DNA of 64,000 nucleotides from Lingula anatina (Eukaryota; Animalia; Brachiopoda): assembly GCA_051362555.1 (NCBI GenBank), contig CM120643.1, positions 4,588,001 through 4,652,000 of the forward strand, given 5' to 3'. How positions within the stretch are numbered: the first letter of the stretch is position 1; the number at the start of each line of letters is the position of its first letter. The position numbers and the translations under genes were made by a program. This document shows positions 38,801-53,800 of this stretch, in pieces. The notes beneath the pieces are model-generated. The model was not told the origin of the DNA, did no database searches, and saw only the letters and a list, made by a program, of their open reading frames with translations.

Positions 38801-41800
38801 CGTTTAACTATTTTAAGTCATGAGATTTGCCAGTCTTTTCAATGATATTTTCAGTTTTTTCAGTTATATTGTTCTTTTTCCAGAGTACCCTTACCATGGA
38901 AAAGCAGGTAGTGAAAGACAGCACCAAGAGCAGCATTTTGTCTTATCCATGTGTACAATACATGATATGTGGCAAGATTTAGGACATTGTCAAATATTGT
39001 GATAACAACAACCCATTCCAGAAACCCATTGTAAGGAGTAATCTGCTTCTGGCATTGATAGTAAGGAGAAGTCTTGTATGGGTATATATTGTTTTCCAGA
39101 TAACAGTTATGGGTAATTTGCAACCTCTTACACAAACAACCTCAAATCATCACATTTTCAATTTAATTTATAATCACATTGCAAAATTATAAACATTTAA
39201 CTATTTTAAGCCATGGAATTTGCCATTGTTTTCAGTGTAATTTACAATTTTTTCAAAAATATTGTCCCAAAAAACACTTTTCATTAGACACAGTCATATG
39301 ATCAGCTTATCACAGATTTTTATTGTTGTTAAGCATCATTTGTATAATTTTCAGAAACACTGGACGAGATTTGACAAAATTATTAATGTTTAACTATTTT
39401 AAGTCCTGGAATTTGCCAGTCTTTTCAATGTAAATTTCAGTTTTCCAAAATACTTTGTCCCAAAAAACACTTTTCATTAGATATGGTCAACAGATCATCT
39501 TATCACAGATTTTTAATGTTGTTAACCAGCATTTGTACAAATTTCAGAAACACTGTACAAGATTTGACAAAATTATTAACGTTTAACTATTTTAAGTCGT
39601 GGGATTTGTCAGTCTTTTCAATGTAAATTTCAGTTTCTCTAAATATATTGTCTCTAAAAGACACTTTTCATTAAACACAGTCATCTGATCAGCTTATCAC
39701 AGATTTTTATTGTTGTTAAGCATCATTTGTACAAATTTCAGAAATATTGGACAAGATTTGACAAAATTATTATCGTTTAACTATTTTAAGTCATGAGATT
39801 TGCCAGTCTTTTCAATGAAATTTTCAGTTTTTTCAGTTATATTGTTCTTTTTCCAGAGTACCCTTACCATGAAAAGGCAGGCAGTGAAAGACAGCATCAA
39901 GAGCAGCAATATGTCTTATCCATGTGTACAATACATGATATGTAACAAGATTTAGGACATTGTCAAATATTGTGATAACAACAACCCATTCCAGAAACCC
40001 ATTGTAAGGAGTAATCTGCATCTGGCATTGATAGTAAGGAGAAGTCTTGTATGGGTATATATCGTTTTCCAGATAACAGTTATAGGTAATTTGCAACCTC
40101 TTACACACACAACCTCAAGTCATCATATTTGCTATTTTATTTTATATTCACATTGCAAAATTATTAACATTTAACTATTTTAAGCCATGGAATTTGGCAG
40201 TGTTTTCAGTGTAATTTTCAGTTTTTTCAAAGATATTGTCGCAAGAAGATACTTTTTATTAGACACAGTCATTTGATCAGCTTATCACAGATTTTTATTG
40301 TTGTAAAGCATCTTTTGTATAATTTTCAGAAACACTGTACAAGATTTGACAAAATTATTAACGTTTAACCATTTTAAGTCATGGAATTGCCAGTCTTTTC
40401 AATGTAAATTTCAGTTTTCCCAAATCCGTTGTCCCAAAAAACACTTTTCACTAGATGCAGTCAACAGATCATCTAATCACAGATTTTTATTGTTGTTAAG
40501 CATCATTAGTACAAATTTCAGAAACACTGTACAAGATTTGACAAAATTATTAACGTTTCACCATTTTAAGTCATGGGATTTGCCAGTCTTTTCAATGTAA
40601 ATTTCAGTTTTTCCCCAAATACGTTGTCCCAGAAAACACTTTTCATTAGATACAGTCAACAGATCATCTAATCACAGATTTTTATTGTTGTTAAGCATCA
40701 TTTGTACAAATTTCAGAAACACTGTACAAGATTTGACAAAATTATTAACGTTTCACTATTTTCAGTCGTGGGATTTGTCAATCTTTTCAGTCTAAATTTC
40801 AGTTTCCCCAAATATATTGTCTCTAAAAGACACTTTTCAATAGACACAGTCAACTGATCAGCTTTTTCACAGATTTTTATTGTTGTTAAGCATCATTTGA
40901 ACAAATTTCAGAAATATTGGACAAGATTTGACAAAATTATTAACGTTGAACTATTTTAAGTCGTGGAATTTGGCAGTGTTTTTAGAGTAATTTTCAGTTT
41001 TCTCAAATATGTCATCTGAAGAAAATACTTTTCAATAGATAAAGGCAACTAATCAACTTATCACAGATTTTTATTGTTGTTAAGCATCATTTGTACAAAT
41101 TTCAGAAATATTGGACTAGATTTGACAAAATTATTATCGTTTAACTATTTTAAGTCATGAGATTTGCCAGTCTTTTCAATGAAATTTTCAGTTTTTTCAG
41201 TTATATTGTTCTTTTTCCAGAGTACCCTTACCATGGAAAAGCAGGTAGTGAAAGACAGCACCAAGAGCAGCACTATGTCTTATCCATGTGTACAATACAT
41301 GATATGTGGCAAGATTTAGGACATTGTCAAATATTGTGATAACAACAACCCATTCCAGAAACCCATTGTAAGGAGTAATCTGCTTCTGGCATTGATAGTA
41401 AGGAGAAGTCTTGTATGGGTATATATTGTTTTCCAGATAACAGTTATGGGTAATTTGCAACCTCTTACACAAACAACCTCAAATCATCACATTTTCAATT
41501 TAATTTATAATCACATTGCAAAATTATAAACATTTAACTATTTTAAGCCATGGAATTTGCCATTGTTTTCAGTGTAATTTACAATTTTTTCAAAGATATT
41601 GTCCCAAAAAACACTTTTCATTAGACACAGTCATATGATCAGCTTATCACAGATTTTTATTGTTGTTAAGCATCATTTGTATAATTTTCAGAAACACTGG
41701 ACGAGATTTGACAAAATTATTAACGTTTAACTATTTTAAGTCCTGGAATTTGCCAGTCTTTTCAATGTAAATTTCAGTTTTCCAAAATACTTTGTCCCAA

Positions 41801-44800
41801 AAAACACTTTTCATTAGATATGGTCAACAGATCATCTTATCACAGATTTTTAATGTTGTTAACCAGCATTTGTACAAATTTCAGAAACACTGTACAAGAT
41901 TTGACAAAATTATTAACGTTTAACTATTTTAAGTCGTGGGATTTGTCAGTCTTTTCAATGTAAATTTCAGTTTCTCTAAATATATTGTCTCTAAAAGACA
42001 CTTTTCATTAAACACAGTCATCTGATCAGCTTATTACAGATTTTTATTGTTGTTAAGCATCATTTGTACAAATTTCAGAAATATTGGACTAGATTTGACA
42101 AAATTATTATCGTTTAACTATTTTAAGTCATGAGATTTGCCAGTCTTTTCAATGAAATTTTCAGTTTTTTCAGTTATATTGTTCTTTTTCCAGAGTACCC
42201 TTACCATGAAAAAGCAGGCAGTGAAAGACAGCATCAAGAGCAGCAATATGTCTTATCCATGTGTACAATACATGATATGTAACAAGATTTAGGACATTGT
42301 CAAATATTGTGATAACAACAACCCATTCCAGAAACCCATTGTAAGGAGTAATCTGCATCTGGCATTGATAGTAAGGAGAAGTCTTGTATAGGTATATATC
42401 GTTTTCCAGATAACAGTTATAGGTAATTTGCAACCTCTTACACACACAACCTCAAGTCATCACATTTGCTATTTTATTTTATATTCACATTGCAAAATTA
42501 TAAACATTTAACTATTTTAAGCCATGGAATTTGGCAGTGTTTTCAGTGTAATTTTCAGTTTTTTCAAAGATATTGTCGCAAGAAGATACTTTTTATTAGA
42601 CACAGTCATTTGATCAGCTTATCACAGATTTTTATTGTTGTATAGCATCATTTGTATAATTTTCAGAAACACTGTACAAGATTTGACAAAATCATTAACG
42701 TTTAACCATTTTAAGTCATGGAATTGCCAGTCTTTTCAATGTAAATTTCAGTTTTCCCAAATCCGTTGTCCCAAAAAACACTTTTCACTAGATGCAGTCA
42801 ACAGATCATCTAATCACAGATTTTTATTGTTGTTAAGCATCATTAGTACAAATTTCAGAAACACTGTACAAGATTTGACAAAATTATTAACGTTTCACCA
42901 TTTTAAGTCATGGGATTTGCCAGTCTTTTCAATGTAAATTTCAGTTTTTCCCCAAATACGTTGTCCCAGAAAACACTTTTCATTAGATACAGTCAACAGA
43001 TCATCTAATCACAGATTTTTATTGTTGTTAAGCATCATTTGTACAAATTTCAGAAACACTGTACAAGATTTGACAAAATTATTAACGTTTCACTATTTTC
43101 AGTCGTGGGATTTGTCAATCTTTTCAGTCTAAATTTCAGTTTCCCCAAATATATTGTCTCTAAAAGACACTTTTCAATAGACACAGTCAACTGATCAGCT
43201 TTTTCACAGATTTTTATTGTTGTTAAGCATCATTTGAACAAATTTCAGAAATATTGGACAAGATTTGACAAAATTATTAACGTTGAACTATTTTAAGTCG
43301 TGGAATTTGGCAGTGTTTTTAGAGTAATTTTCAGTTTTCTCAAATATGTCATCTGAAGAAAATACTTTTCAATAGATAAAGGCAACTAATCAACTTATCA
43401 CAGATTTTTATTGTTGTTAAGCATCATTTGTACAAATTTCAGAAATATTGGACTAGATTTGACAAAATTATTATCGTTTAACTATTTTAAGTCATGAGAT
43501 TTGCCAGTCTTTTCAATGAAATTTTCAGTTTTTTCAGTTATATTGTTCTTTTTCCAGAGTACCCTTACCATGGAAAAGCAGGTAGTGAAAGACAGCACCA
43601 AGAGCAGCACTATGTCTTATCCATGTGTACAATACATGATATGTGGCAAGATTTAGGACATTGTCAAATATTGTGATAACAACAACCCATTCCAGAAACC
43701 CATTGTAAGGAGTAATCTGCTTCTGGCATTGATAGTAAGGAGAAGTCTTGTATGGGTATATATTGTTTTCCAGATAACAGTTATGGGTAATTTGCAACCT
43801 CTTACACAAACAACCTCAAATCATCACATTTTCAATTTAATTTATAATCACATTGCAAAATTATAAACATTTAACTATTTTAAGCCATGGAATTTGCCAT
43901 TGTTTTCAGTGTAATTTACAATTTTTTCAAAGATATTGTCCCAAAAAACACTTTTCATTAGACACAGTCATATGATCAGCTTATCACAGATTTTTATTGT
44001 TGTTAAGCATCATTTGTATAATTTTCAGAAACACTGGACGAGATTTGACAAAATTATTAATGTTTAACTATTTTAAGTCCTGGAATTTGCCAGTCTTTTC
44101 AATGTAAATTTCAGTTTTCCAAAATACTTTGTCCCAAAAAACACTTTTCATTAGATATGGTCAACAGATCATCTTATCACAGATTTTTAATGTTGTTAAC
44201 CAGCATTTGTACAAATTTCAGAAACACTGTACAAGATTTGACAAAATTATTAACGTTTAACTATTTTAAGTCGTGGGATTTGTCAGTCTTTTCAATGTAA
44301 ATTTCAGTTTCTCTAAATATATTGTCTCTAAAAGACACTTTTCATTAAACACAGTCATCTGATCAGCTTATCACAGATTTTTATTGTTGTTAAGCATCAT
44401 TTGTACAAATTTCAGAAATATTGGACAAGATTTGACAAAATTATTATCGTTTAACTATTTTAAGTCATGAGATTTGCCAGTCTTTTCAATGAAATTTTCA
44501 GTTTTTTCAGTTATATTGTTCTTTTTCCAGAGTACCCTTACCATGAAAAGGCAGGCAGTGAAAGACAGCATCAAGAGCAGCAATATGTCTTATCCATGTG
44601 TACAATACATGATATGTAACAAGATTTAGGACATTGTCAAATATTGTGATAACAACAACCCATTCCAGAAACCCATTGTAAGGAGTAATCTGCATCTGGC
44701 ATTGATAGTAAGGAGAAGTCTTGTATGGGTATATATCGTTTTCCAGATAACAGTTATAGGTAATTTGCAACCTCTTACACACACAACCTCAAGTCATCAC

Positions 44801-47800
44801 ATTTGCTATTTTATTTTATATTCACATTGCAAAATTATAAACATTTAACTATTTTAAGCCATGGAATTTGGCAGTGTTTTCAGTGTAATTTTCAGTTTTT
44901 TCAAAGATATTGTCGCAAGAAGATACTTTTTATTAGACACAGTCATTTGATCAGCTTATCACAGATTTTTATTGTTGTAAAGCATCATTTGTATAATTTT
45001 CAGAAACACTGTACAAGATTTGACAAAATCATTAACGTTTAACCATTTTAAGTCATGGAATTGCCAGTCTTTTCAATGTAAATTTCAGTTTTCCCAAATC
45101 CGTTGTCCCAAAAAACACTTTTCACTAGATGCAGTCAACAGATCATCTAATCACAGATTTTTATTGTTGTTAAGCATCATTAGTACAAATTTCAGAAACA
45201 CTGTACAAGATTTGACAAAATTATTAACGTTTCACCATTTTAAGTCATGGGATTTGCCAGTCTTTTCAATGTAAATTTCAGTTTTTCCCCAAATACGTTG
45301 TCCCAGAAAACACTTTTCATTAGATACAGTCAACAGATCATCTAATCACAGATTTTTATTGTTGTTAAGCATCATTTGTACAAATTTCAGAAACACTGTA
45401 CAAGATTTGACAAAATTATTAACGTTTCACTATTTTCAGTCGTGGGATTTGTCAGTCTTTTCAGTCTAAATTTCAGTTTCCCCAAATATATTGTCTCTAA
45501 AAGACACTTTTCAATAGACACAGTCAACTGATCAGCTTTTTCACAGATTTTTATTGTTGTTAAGCATCATTTGAACAAATTTCAGAAATATTGGACAAGA
45601 TTTGACAAAATTATTAACGTTGAACTATTTTAAGTCGTGGAATTTGGCAGTGTTTTTAGAGTAATTTTCAGTTTTCTCAAATATGTCATCTGAAGAAAAT
45701 ACTTTTCAATAGATAAAGGCAACTAATCAACTTATCACAGATTTTTATTGTTGTTAAGCATCATTTGTACAAATTTCAGAAATATTGGACTAGATTTGAC
45801 AAAATTATTATCGTTTAACTATTTTAAGTCATGAGATTTGCCAGTCTTTTCAATGATATTTTCAGTTTTTTCAGTTATATTGTTCTTTTTCCAGAGTACC
45901 CTTACCATGGAAAAGCAGGTAGTGAAAGACAGCACCAAGAGCAGCATTTTGTCTTATCCATGTGTACAATACATGATATGTGGCAAGATTTAGGACATTG
46001 TCAAATATTGTGATAACAACAACCCATTCCAGAAACCCATTGTAAGGAGTAATCTGCTTCTGGCATTGATAGTAAGGAGAAGTCTTGTATGGGTATATAT
46101 TGTTTTCCAGATAACAGTTATGGGTAATTTGCAACCTCTTACACAAACAACCTCAAATCATCACATTTTCAATTTAATTTATAATCACATTGCAAAATTA
46201 TAAACATTTAACTATTTTAAGCCATGGAATTTGCCATTGTTTTCAGTGTAATTTACAATTTTTTCAAAAATATTGTCCCAAAAAACACTTTTCATTAGAC
46301 ACAGTCATATGATCAGCTTATCACAGATTTTTATTGTTGTTAAGCATCATTTGTATAATTTTCAGAAACACTGGACGAGATTTGACAAAATTATTAATGT
46401 TTAACTATTTTAAGTCCTGGAATTTGCCAGTCTTTTCAATGTAAATTTCAGTTTTCCAAAATACTTTGTCCCAAAAAACACTTTTCATTAGATATGGTCA
46501 ACAGATCATCTTATCACAGATTTTTAATGTTGTTAACCAGCATTTGTACAAATTTCAGAAACACTGTACAAGATTTGACAAAATTATTAACGTTTAACTA
46601 TTTTAAGTCGTGGGATTTGTCAGTCTTTTCAATGTAAATTTCAGTTTCTCTAAATATATTGTCTCTAAAAGACACTTTTCATTAAACACAGTCATCTGAT
46701 CAGCTTATCACAGATTTTTATTGTTGTTAAGCATCATTTGTACAAATTTCAGAAATATTGGACAAGATTTGACAAAATTATTATCGTTTAACTATTTTAA
46801 GTCATGAGATTTGCCAGTCTTTTCAATGAAATTTTCAGTTTTTTCAGTTATATTGTTCTTTTTCCAGAGTACCCTTACCATGAAAAGGCAGGCAGTGAAA
46901 GACAGCATCAAGAGCAGCAATATGTCTTATCCATGTGTACAATACATGATATGTAACAAGATTTAGGACATTGTCAAATATTGTGATAACAACAACCCAT
47001 TCCAGAAACCCATTGTAAGGAGTAATCTGCATCTGGCATTGATAGTAAGGAGAAGTCTTGTATGGGTATATATCGTTTTCCAGATAACAGTTATAGGTAA
47101 TTTGCAACCTCTTACACACACAACCTCAAGTCATCATATTTGCTATTTTATTTTATATTCACATTGCAAAATTATTAACATTTAACTATTTTAAGCCATG
47201 GAATTTGGCAGTGTTTTCAGTGTAATTTTCAGTTTTTTCAAAGATATTGTCGCAAGAAGATACTTTTTATTAGACACAGTCATTTGATCAGCTTATCACA
47301 GATTTTTATTGTTGTAAAGCATCTTTTGTATAATTTTCAGAAACACTGTACAAGATTTGACAAAATTATTAACGTTTAACCATTTTAAGTCATGGAATTG
47401 CCAGTCTTTTCAATGTAAATTTCAGTTTTCCCAAATCCGTTGTCCCAAAAAACACTTTTCACTAGATGCAGTCAACAGATCATCTAATCACAGATTTTTA
47501 TTGTTGTTAAGCATCATTAGTACAAATTTCAGAAACACTGTACAAGATTTGACAAAATTATTAACGTTTCACCATTTTAAGTCATGGGATTTGCCAGTCT
47601 TTTCAATGTAAATTTCAGTTTTTCCCCAAATACGTTGTCCCAGAAAACACTTTTCATTAGATACAGTCAACAGATCATCTAATCACAGATTTTTATTGTT
47701 GTTAAGCATCATTTGTACAAATTTCAGAAACACTGTACAAGATTTGACAAAATTATTAACGTTTCACTATTTTCAGTCGTGGGATTTGTCAATCTTTTCA

Positions 47801-50800
47801 GTCTAAATTTCAGTTTCCCCAAATATATTGTCTCTAAAAGACACTTTTCAATAGACACAGTCAACTGATCAGCTTTTTCACAGATTTTTATTGTTGTTAA
47901 GCATCATTTGAACAAATTTCAGAAATATTGGACAAGATTTGACAAAATTATTAACGTTGAACTATTTTAAGTCGTGGAATTTGGCAGTGTTTTTAGAGTA
48001 ATTTTCAGTTTTCTCAAATATGTCATCTGAAGAAAATACTTTTCAATAGATAAAGGCAACTAATCAACTTATCACAGATTTTTATTGTTGTTAAGCATCA
48101 TTTGTACAAATTTCAGAAATATTGGACTAGATTTGACAAAATTATTATCGTTTAACTATTTTAAGTCATGAGATTTGCCAGTCTTTTCAATGAAATTTTC
48201 AGTTTTTTCAGTTATATTGTTCTTTTTCCAGAGTACCCTTACCATGGAAAAGCAGGTAGTGAAAGACAGCACCAAGAGCAGCACTATGTCTTATCCATGT
48301 GTACAATACATGATATGTGGCAAGATTTAGGACATTGTCAAATATTGTGATAACAACAACCCATTCCAGAAACCCATTGTAAGGAGTAATCTGCTTCTGG
48401 CATTGATAGTAAGGAGAAGTCTTGTATGGGTATATATTGTTTTCCAGATAACAGTTATGGGTAATTTGCAACCTCTTACACAAACAACCTCAAATCATCA
48501 CATTTTCAATTTAATTTATAATCACATTGCAAAATTATAAACATTTAACTATTTTAAGCCATGGAATTTGCCATTGTTTTCAGTGTAATTTACAATTTTT
48601 TCAAAGATATTGTCCCAAAAAACACTTTTCATTAGACACAGTCATATGATCAGCTTATCACAGATTTTTATTGTTGTTAAGCATCATTTGTATAATTTTC
48701 AGAAACACTGGACGAGATTTGACAAAATTATTAACGTTTAACTATTTTAAGTCCTGGAATTTGCCAGTCTTTTCAATGTAAATTTCAGTTTTCCAAAATA
48801 CTTTGTCCCAAAAAACACTTTTCATTAGATATGGTCAACAGATCATCTTATCACAGATTTTTAATGTTGTTAACCAGCATTTGTACAAATTTCAGAAACA
48901 CTGTACAAGATTTGACAAAATTATTAACGTTTAACTATTTTAAGTCGTGGGATTTGTCAGTCTTTTCAATGTAAATTTCAGTTTCTCTAAATATATTGTC
49001 TCTAAAAGACACTTTTCATTAAACACAGTCATCTGATCAGCTTATTACAGATTTTTATTGTTGTTAAGCATCATTTGTACAAATTTCAGAAATATTGGAC
49101 TAGATTTGACAAAATTATTATCGTTTAACTATTTTAAGTCATGAGATTTGCCAGTCTTTTCAATGAAATTTTCAGTTTTTTCAGTTATATTGTTCTTTTT
49201 CCAGAGTACCCTTACCATGAAAAAGCAGGCAGTGAAAGACAGCATCAAGAGCAGCAATATGTCTTATCCATGTGTACAATACATGATATGTAACAAGATT
49301 TAGGACATTGTCAAATATTGTGATAACAACAACCCATTCCAGAAACCCATTGTAAGGAGTAATCTGCATCTGGCATTGATAGTAAGGAGAAGTCTTGTAT
49401 AGGTATATATCGTTTTCCAGATAACAGTTATAGGTAATTTGCAACCTCTTACACACACAACCTCAAGTCATCACATTTGCTATTTTATTTTATATTCACA
49501 TTGCAAAATTATAAACATTTAACTATTTTAAGCCATGGAATTTGGCAGTGTTTTCAGTGTAATTTTCAGTTTTTTCAAAGATATTGTCGCAAGAAGATAC
49601 TTTTTATTAGACACAGTCATTTGATCAGCTTATCACAGATTTTTATTGTTGTATAGCATCATTTGTATAATTTTCAGAAACACTGTACAAGATTTGACAA
49701 AATCATTAACGTTTAACCATTTTAAGTCATGGAATTGCCAGTCTTTTCAATGTAAATTTCAGTTTTCCCAAATCCGTTGTCCCAAAAAACACTTTTCACT
49801 AGATGCAGTCAACAGATCATCTAATCACAGATTTTTATTGTTGTTAAGCATCATTAGTACAAATTTCAGAAACACTGTACAAGATTTGACAAAATTATTA
49901 ACGTTTCACCATTTTAAGTCATGGGATTTGCCAGTCTTTTCAATGTAAATTTCAGTTTTTCCCCAAATACGTTGTCCCAGAAAACACTTTTCATTAGATA
50001 CAGTCAACAGATCATCTAATCACAGATTTTTATTGTTGTTAAGCATCATTTGTACAAATTTCAGAAACACTGTACAAGATTTGACAAAATTATTAACGTT
50101 TCACTATTTTCAGTCGTGGGATTTGTCAATCTTTTCAGTCTAAATTTCAGTTTCCCCAAATATATTGTCTCTAAAAGACACTTTTCAATAGACACAGTCA
50201 ACTGATCAGCTTTTTCACAGATTTTTATTGTTGTTAAGCATCATTTGAACAAATTTCAGAAATATTGGACAAGATTTGACAAAATTATTAACGTTGAACT
50301 ATTTTAAGTCGTGGAATTTGGCAGTGTTTTTAGAGTAATTTTCAGTTTTCTCAAATATGTCATCTGAAGAAAATACTTTTCAATAGATAAAGGCAACTAA
50401 TCAACTTATCACAGATTTTTATTGTTGTTAAGCATCATTTGTACAAATTTCAGAAATATTGGACTAGATTTGACAAAATTATTATCGTTTAACTATTTTA
50501 AGTCATGAGATTTGCCAGTCTTTTCAATGAAATTTTCAGTTTTTTCAGTTATATTGTTCTTTTTCCAGAGTACCCTTACCATGGAAAAGCAGGTAGTGAA
50601 AGACAGCACCAAGAGCAGCACTATGTCTTATCCATGTGTACAATACATGATATGTGGCAAGATTTAGGACATTGTCAAATATTGTGATAACAACAACCCA
50701 TTCCAGAAACCCATTGTAAGGAGTAATCTGCTTCTGGCATTGATAGTAAGGAGAAGTCTTGTATGGGTATATATTGTTTTCCAGATAACAGTTATGGGTA

Positions 50801-53800
50801 ATTTGCAACCTCTTACACAAACAACCTCAAATCATCACATTTTCAATTTAATTTATAATCACATTGCAAAATTATAAACATTTAACTATTTTAAGCCATG
50901 GAATTTGCCATTGTTTTCAGTGTAATTTACAATTTTTTCAAAGATATTGTCCCAAAAAACACTTTTCATTAGACACAGTCATATGATCAGCTTATCACAG
51001 ATTTTTATTGTTGTTAAGCATCATTTGTATAATTTTCAGAAACACTGGACGAGATTTGACAAAATTATTAATGTTTAACTATTTTAAGTCCTGGAATTTG
51101 CCAGTCTTTTCAATGTAAATTTCAGTTTTCCAAAATACTTTGTCCCAAAAAACACTTTTCATTAGATATGGTCAACAGATCATCTTATCACAGATTTTTA
51201 ATGTTGTTAACCAGCATTTGTACAAATTTCAGAAACACTGTACAAGATTTGACAAAATTATTAACGTTTAACTATTTTAAGTCGTGGGATTTGTCAGTCT
51301 TTTCAATGTAAATTTCAGTTTCTCTAAATATATTGTCTCTAAAAGACACTTTTCATTAAACACAGTCATCTGATCAGCTTATCACAGATTTTTATTGTTG
51401 TTAAGCATCATTTGTACAAATTTCAGAAATATTGGACAAGATTTGACAAAATTATTATCGTTTAACTATTTTAAGTCATGAGATTTGCCAGTCTTTTCAA
51501 TGAAATTTTCAGTTTTTTCAGTTATATTGTTCTTTTTCCAGAGTACCCTTACCATGAAAAGGCAGGCAGTGAAAGACAGCATCAAGAGCAGCAATATGTC
51601 TTATCCATGTGTACAATACATGATATGTAACAAGATTTAGGACATTGTCAAATATTGTGATAACAACAACCCATTCCAGAAACCCATTGTAAGGAGTAAT
51701 CTGCATCTGGCATTGATAGTAAGGAGAAGTCTTGTATGGGTATATATCGTTTTCCAGATAACAGTTATAGGTAATTTGCAACCTCTTACACACACAACCT
51801 CAAGTCATCACATTTGCTATTTTATTTTATATTCACATTGCAAAATTATAAACATTTAACTATTTTAAGCCATGGAATTTGGCAGTGTTTTCAGTGTAAT
51901 TTTCAGTTTTTTCAAAGATATTGTCGCAAGAAGATACTTTTTATTAGACACAGTCATTTGATCAGCTTATCACAGATTTTTATTGTTGTAAAGCATCATT
52001 TGTATAATTTTCAGAAACACTGTACAAGATTTGACAAAATCATTAACGTTTAACCATTTTAAGTCATGGAATTGCCAGTCTTTTCAATGTAAATTTCAGT
52101 TTTCCCAAATCCGTTGTCCCAAAAAACACTTTTCACTAGATGCAGTCAACAGATCATCTAATCACAGATTTTTATTGTTGTTAAGCATCATTAGTACAAA
52201 TTTCAGAAACACTGTACAAGATTTGACAAAATTATTAACGTTTCACCATTTTAAGTCATGGGATTTGCCAGTCTTTTCAATGTAAATTTCAGTTTTTCCC
52301 CAAATACGTTGTCCCAGAAAACACTTTTCATTAGATACAGTCAACAGATCATCTAATCACAGATTTTTATTGTTGTTAAGCATCATTTGTACAAATTTCA
52401 GAAACACTGTACAAGATTTGACAAAATTATTAACGTTTCACTATTTTCAGTCGTGGGATTTGTCAGTCTTTTCAGTCTAAATTTCAGTTTCCCCAAATAT
52501 ATTGTCTCTAAAAGACACTTTTCAATAGACACAGTCAACTGATCAGCTTTTTCACAGATTTTTATTGTTGTTAAGCATCATTTGAACAAATTTCAGAAAT
52601 ATTGGACAAGATTTGACAAAATTATTAACGTTGAACTATTTTAAGTCGTGGAATTTGGCAGTGTTTTTAGAGTAATTTTCAGTTTTCTCAAATATGTCAT
52701 CTGAAGAAAATACTTTTCAATAGATAAAGGCAACTAATCAACTTATCACAGATTTTTATTGTTGTTAAGCATCATTTGTACAAATTTCAGAAATATTGGA
52801 CTAGATTTGACAAAATTATTATCGTTTAACTATTTTAAGTCATGAGATTTGCCAGTCTTTTCAATGATATTTTCAGTTTTTTCAGTTATATTGTTCTTTT
52901 TCCAGAGTACCCTTACCATGGAAAAGCAGGTAGTGAAAGACAGCACCAAGAGCAGCATTTTGTCTTATCCATGTGTACAATACATGATATGTGGCAAGAT
53001 TTAGGACATTGTCAAATATTGTGATAACAACAACCCATTCCAGAAACCCATTGTAAGGAGTAATCTGCTTCTGGCATTGATAGTAAGGAGAAGTCTTGTA
53101 TGGGTATATATTGTTTTCCAGATAACAGTTATGGGTAATTTGCAACCTCTTACACAAACAACCTCAAATCATCACATTTTCAATTTAATTTATAATCACA
53201 TTGCAAAATTATAAACATTTAACTATTTTAAGCCATGGAATTTGCCATTGTTTTCAGTGTAATTTACAATTTTTTCAAAAATATTGTCCCAAAAAACACT
53301 TTTCATTAGACACAGTCATATGATCAGCTTATCACAGATTTTTATTGTTGTTAAGCATCATTTGTATAATTTTCAGAAACACTGGACGAGATTTGACAAA
53401 ATTATTAATGTTTAACTATTTTAAGTCCTGGAATTTGCCAGTCTTTTCAATGTAAATTTCAGTTTTCCAAAATACTTTGTCCCAAAAAACACTTTTCATT
53501 AGATATGGTCAACAGATCATCTTATCACAGATTTTTAATGTTGTTAACCAGCATTTGTACAAATTTCAGAAACACTGTACAAGATTTGACAAAATTATTA
53601 ACGTTTAACTATTTTAAGTCGTGGGATTTGTCAGTCTTTTCAATGTAAATTTCAGTTTCTCTAAATATATTGTCTCTAAAAGACACTTTTCATTAAACAC
53701 AGTCATCTGATCAGCTTATCACAGATTTTTATTGTTGTTAAGCATCATTTGTACAAATTTCAGAAATATTGGACAAGATTTGACAAAATTATTATCGTTT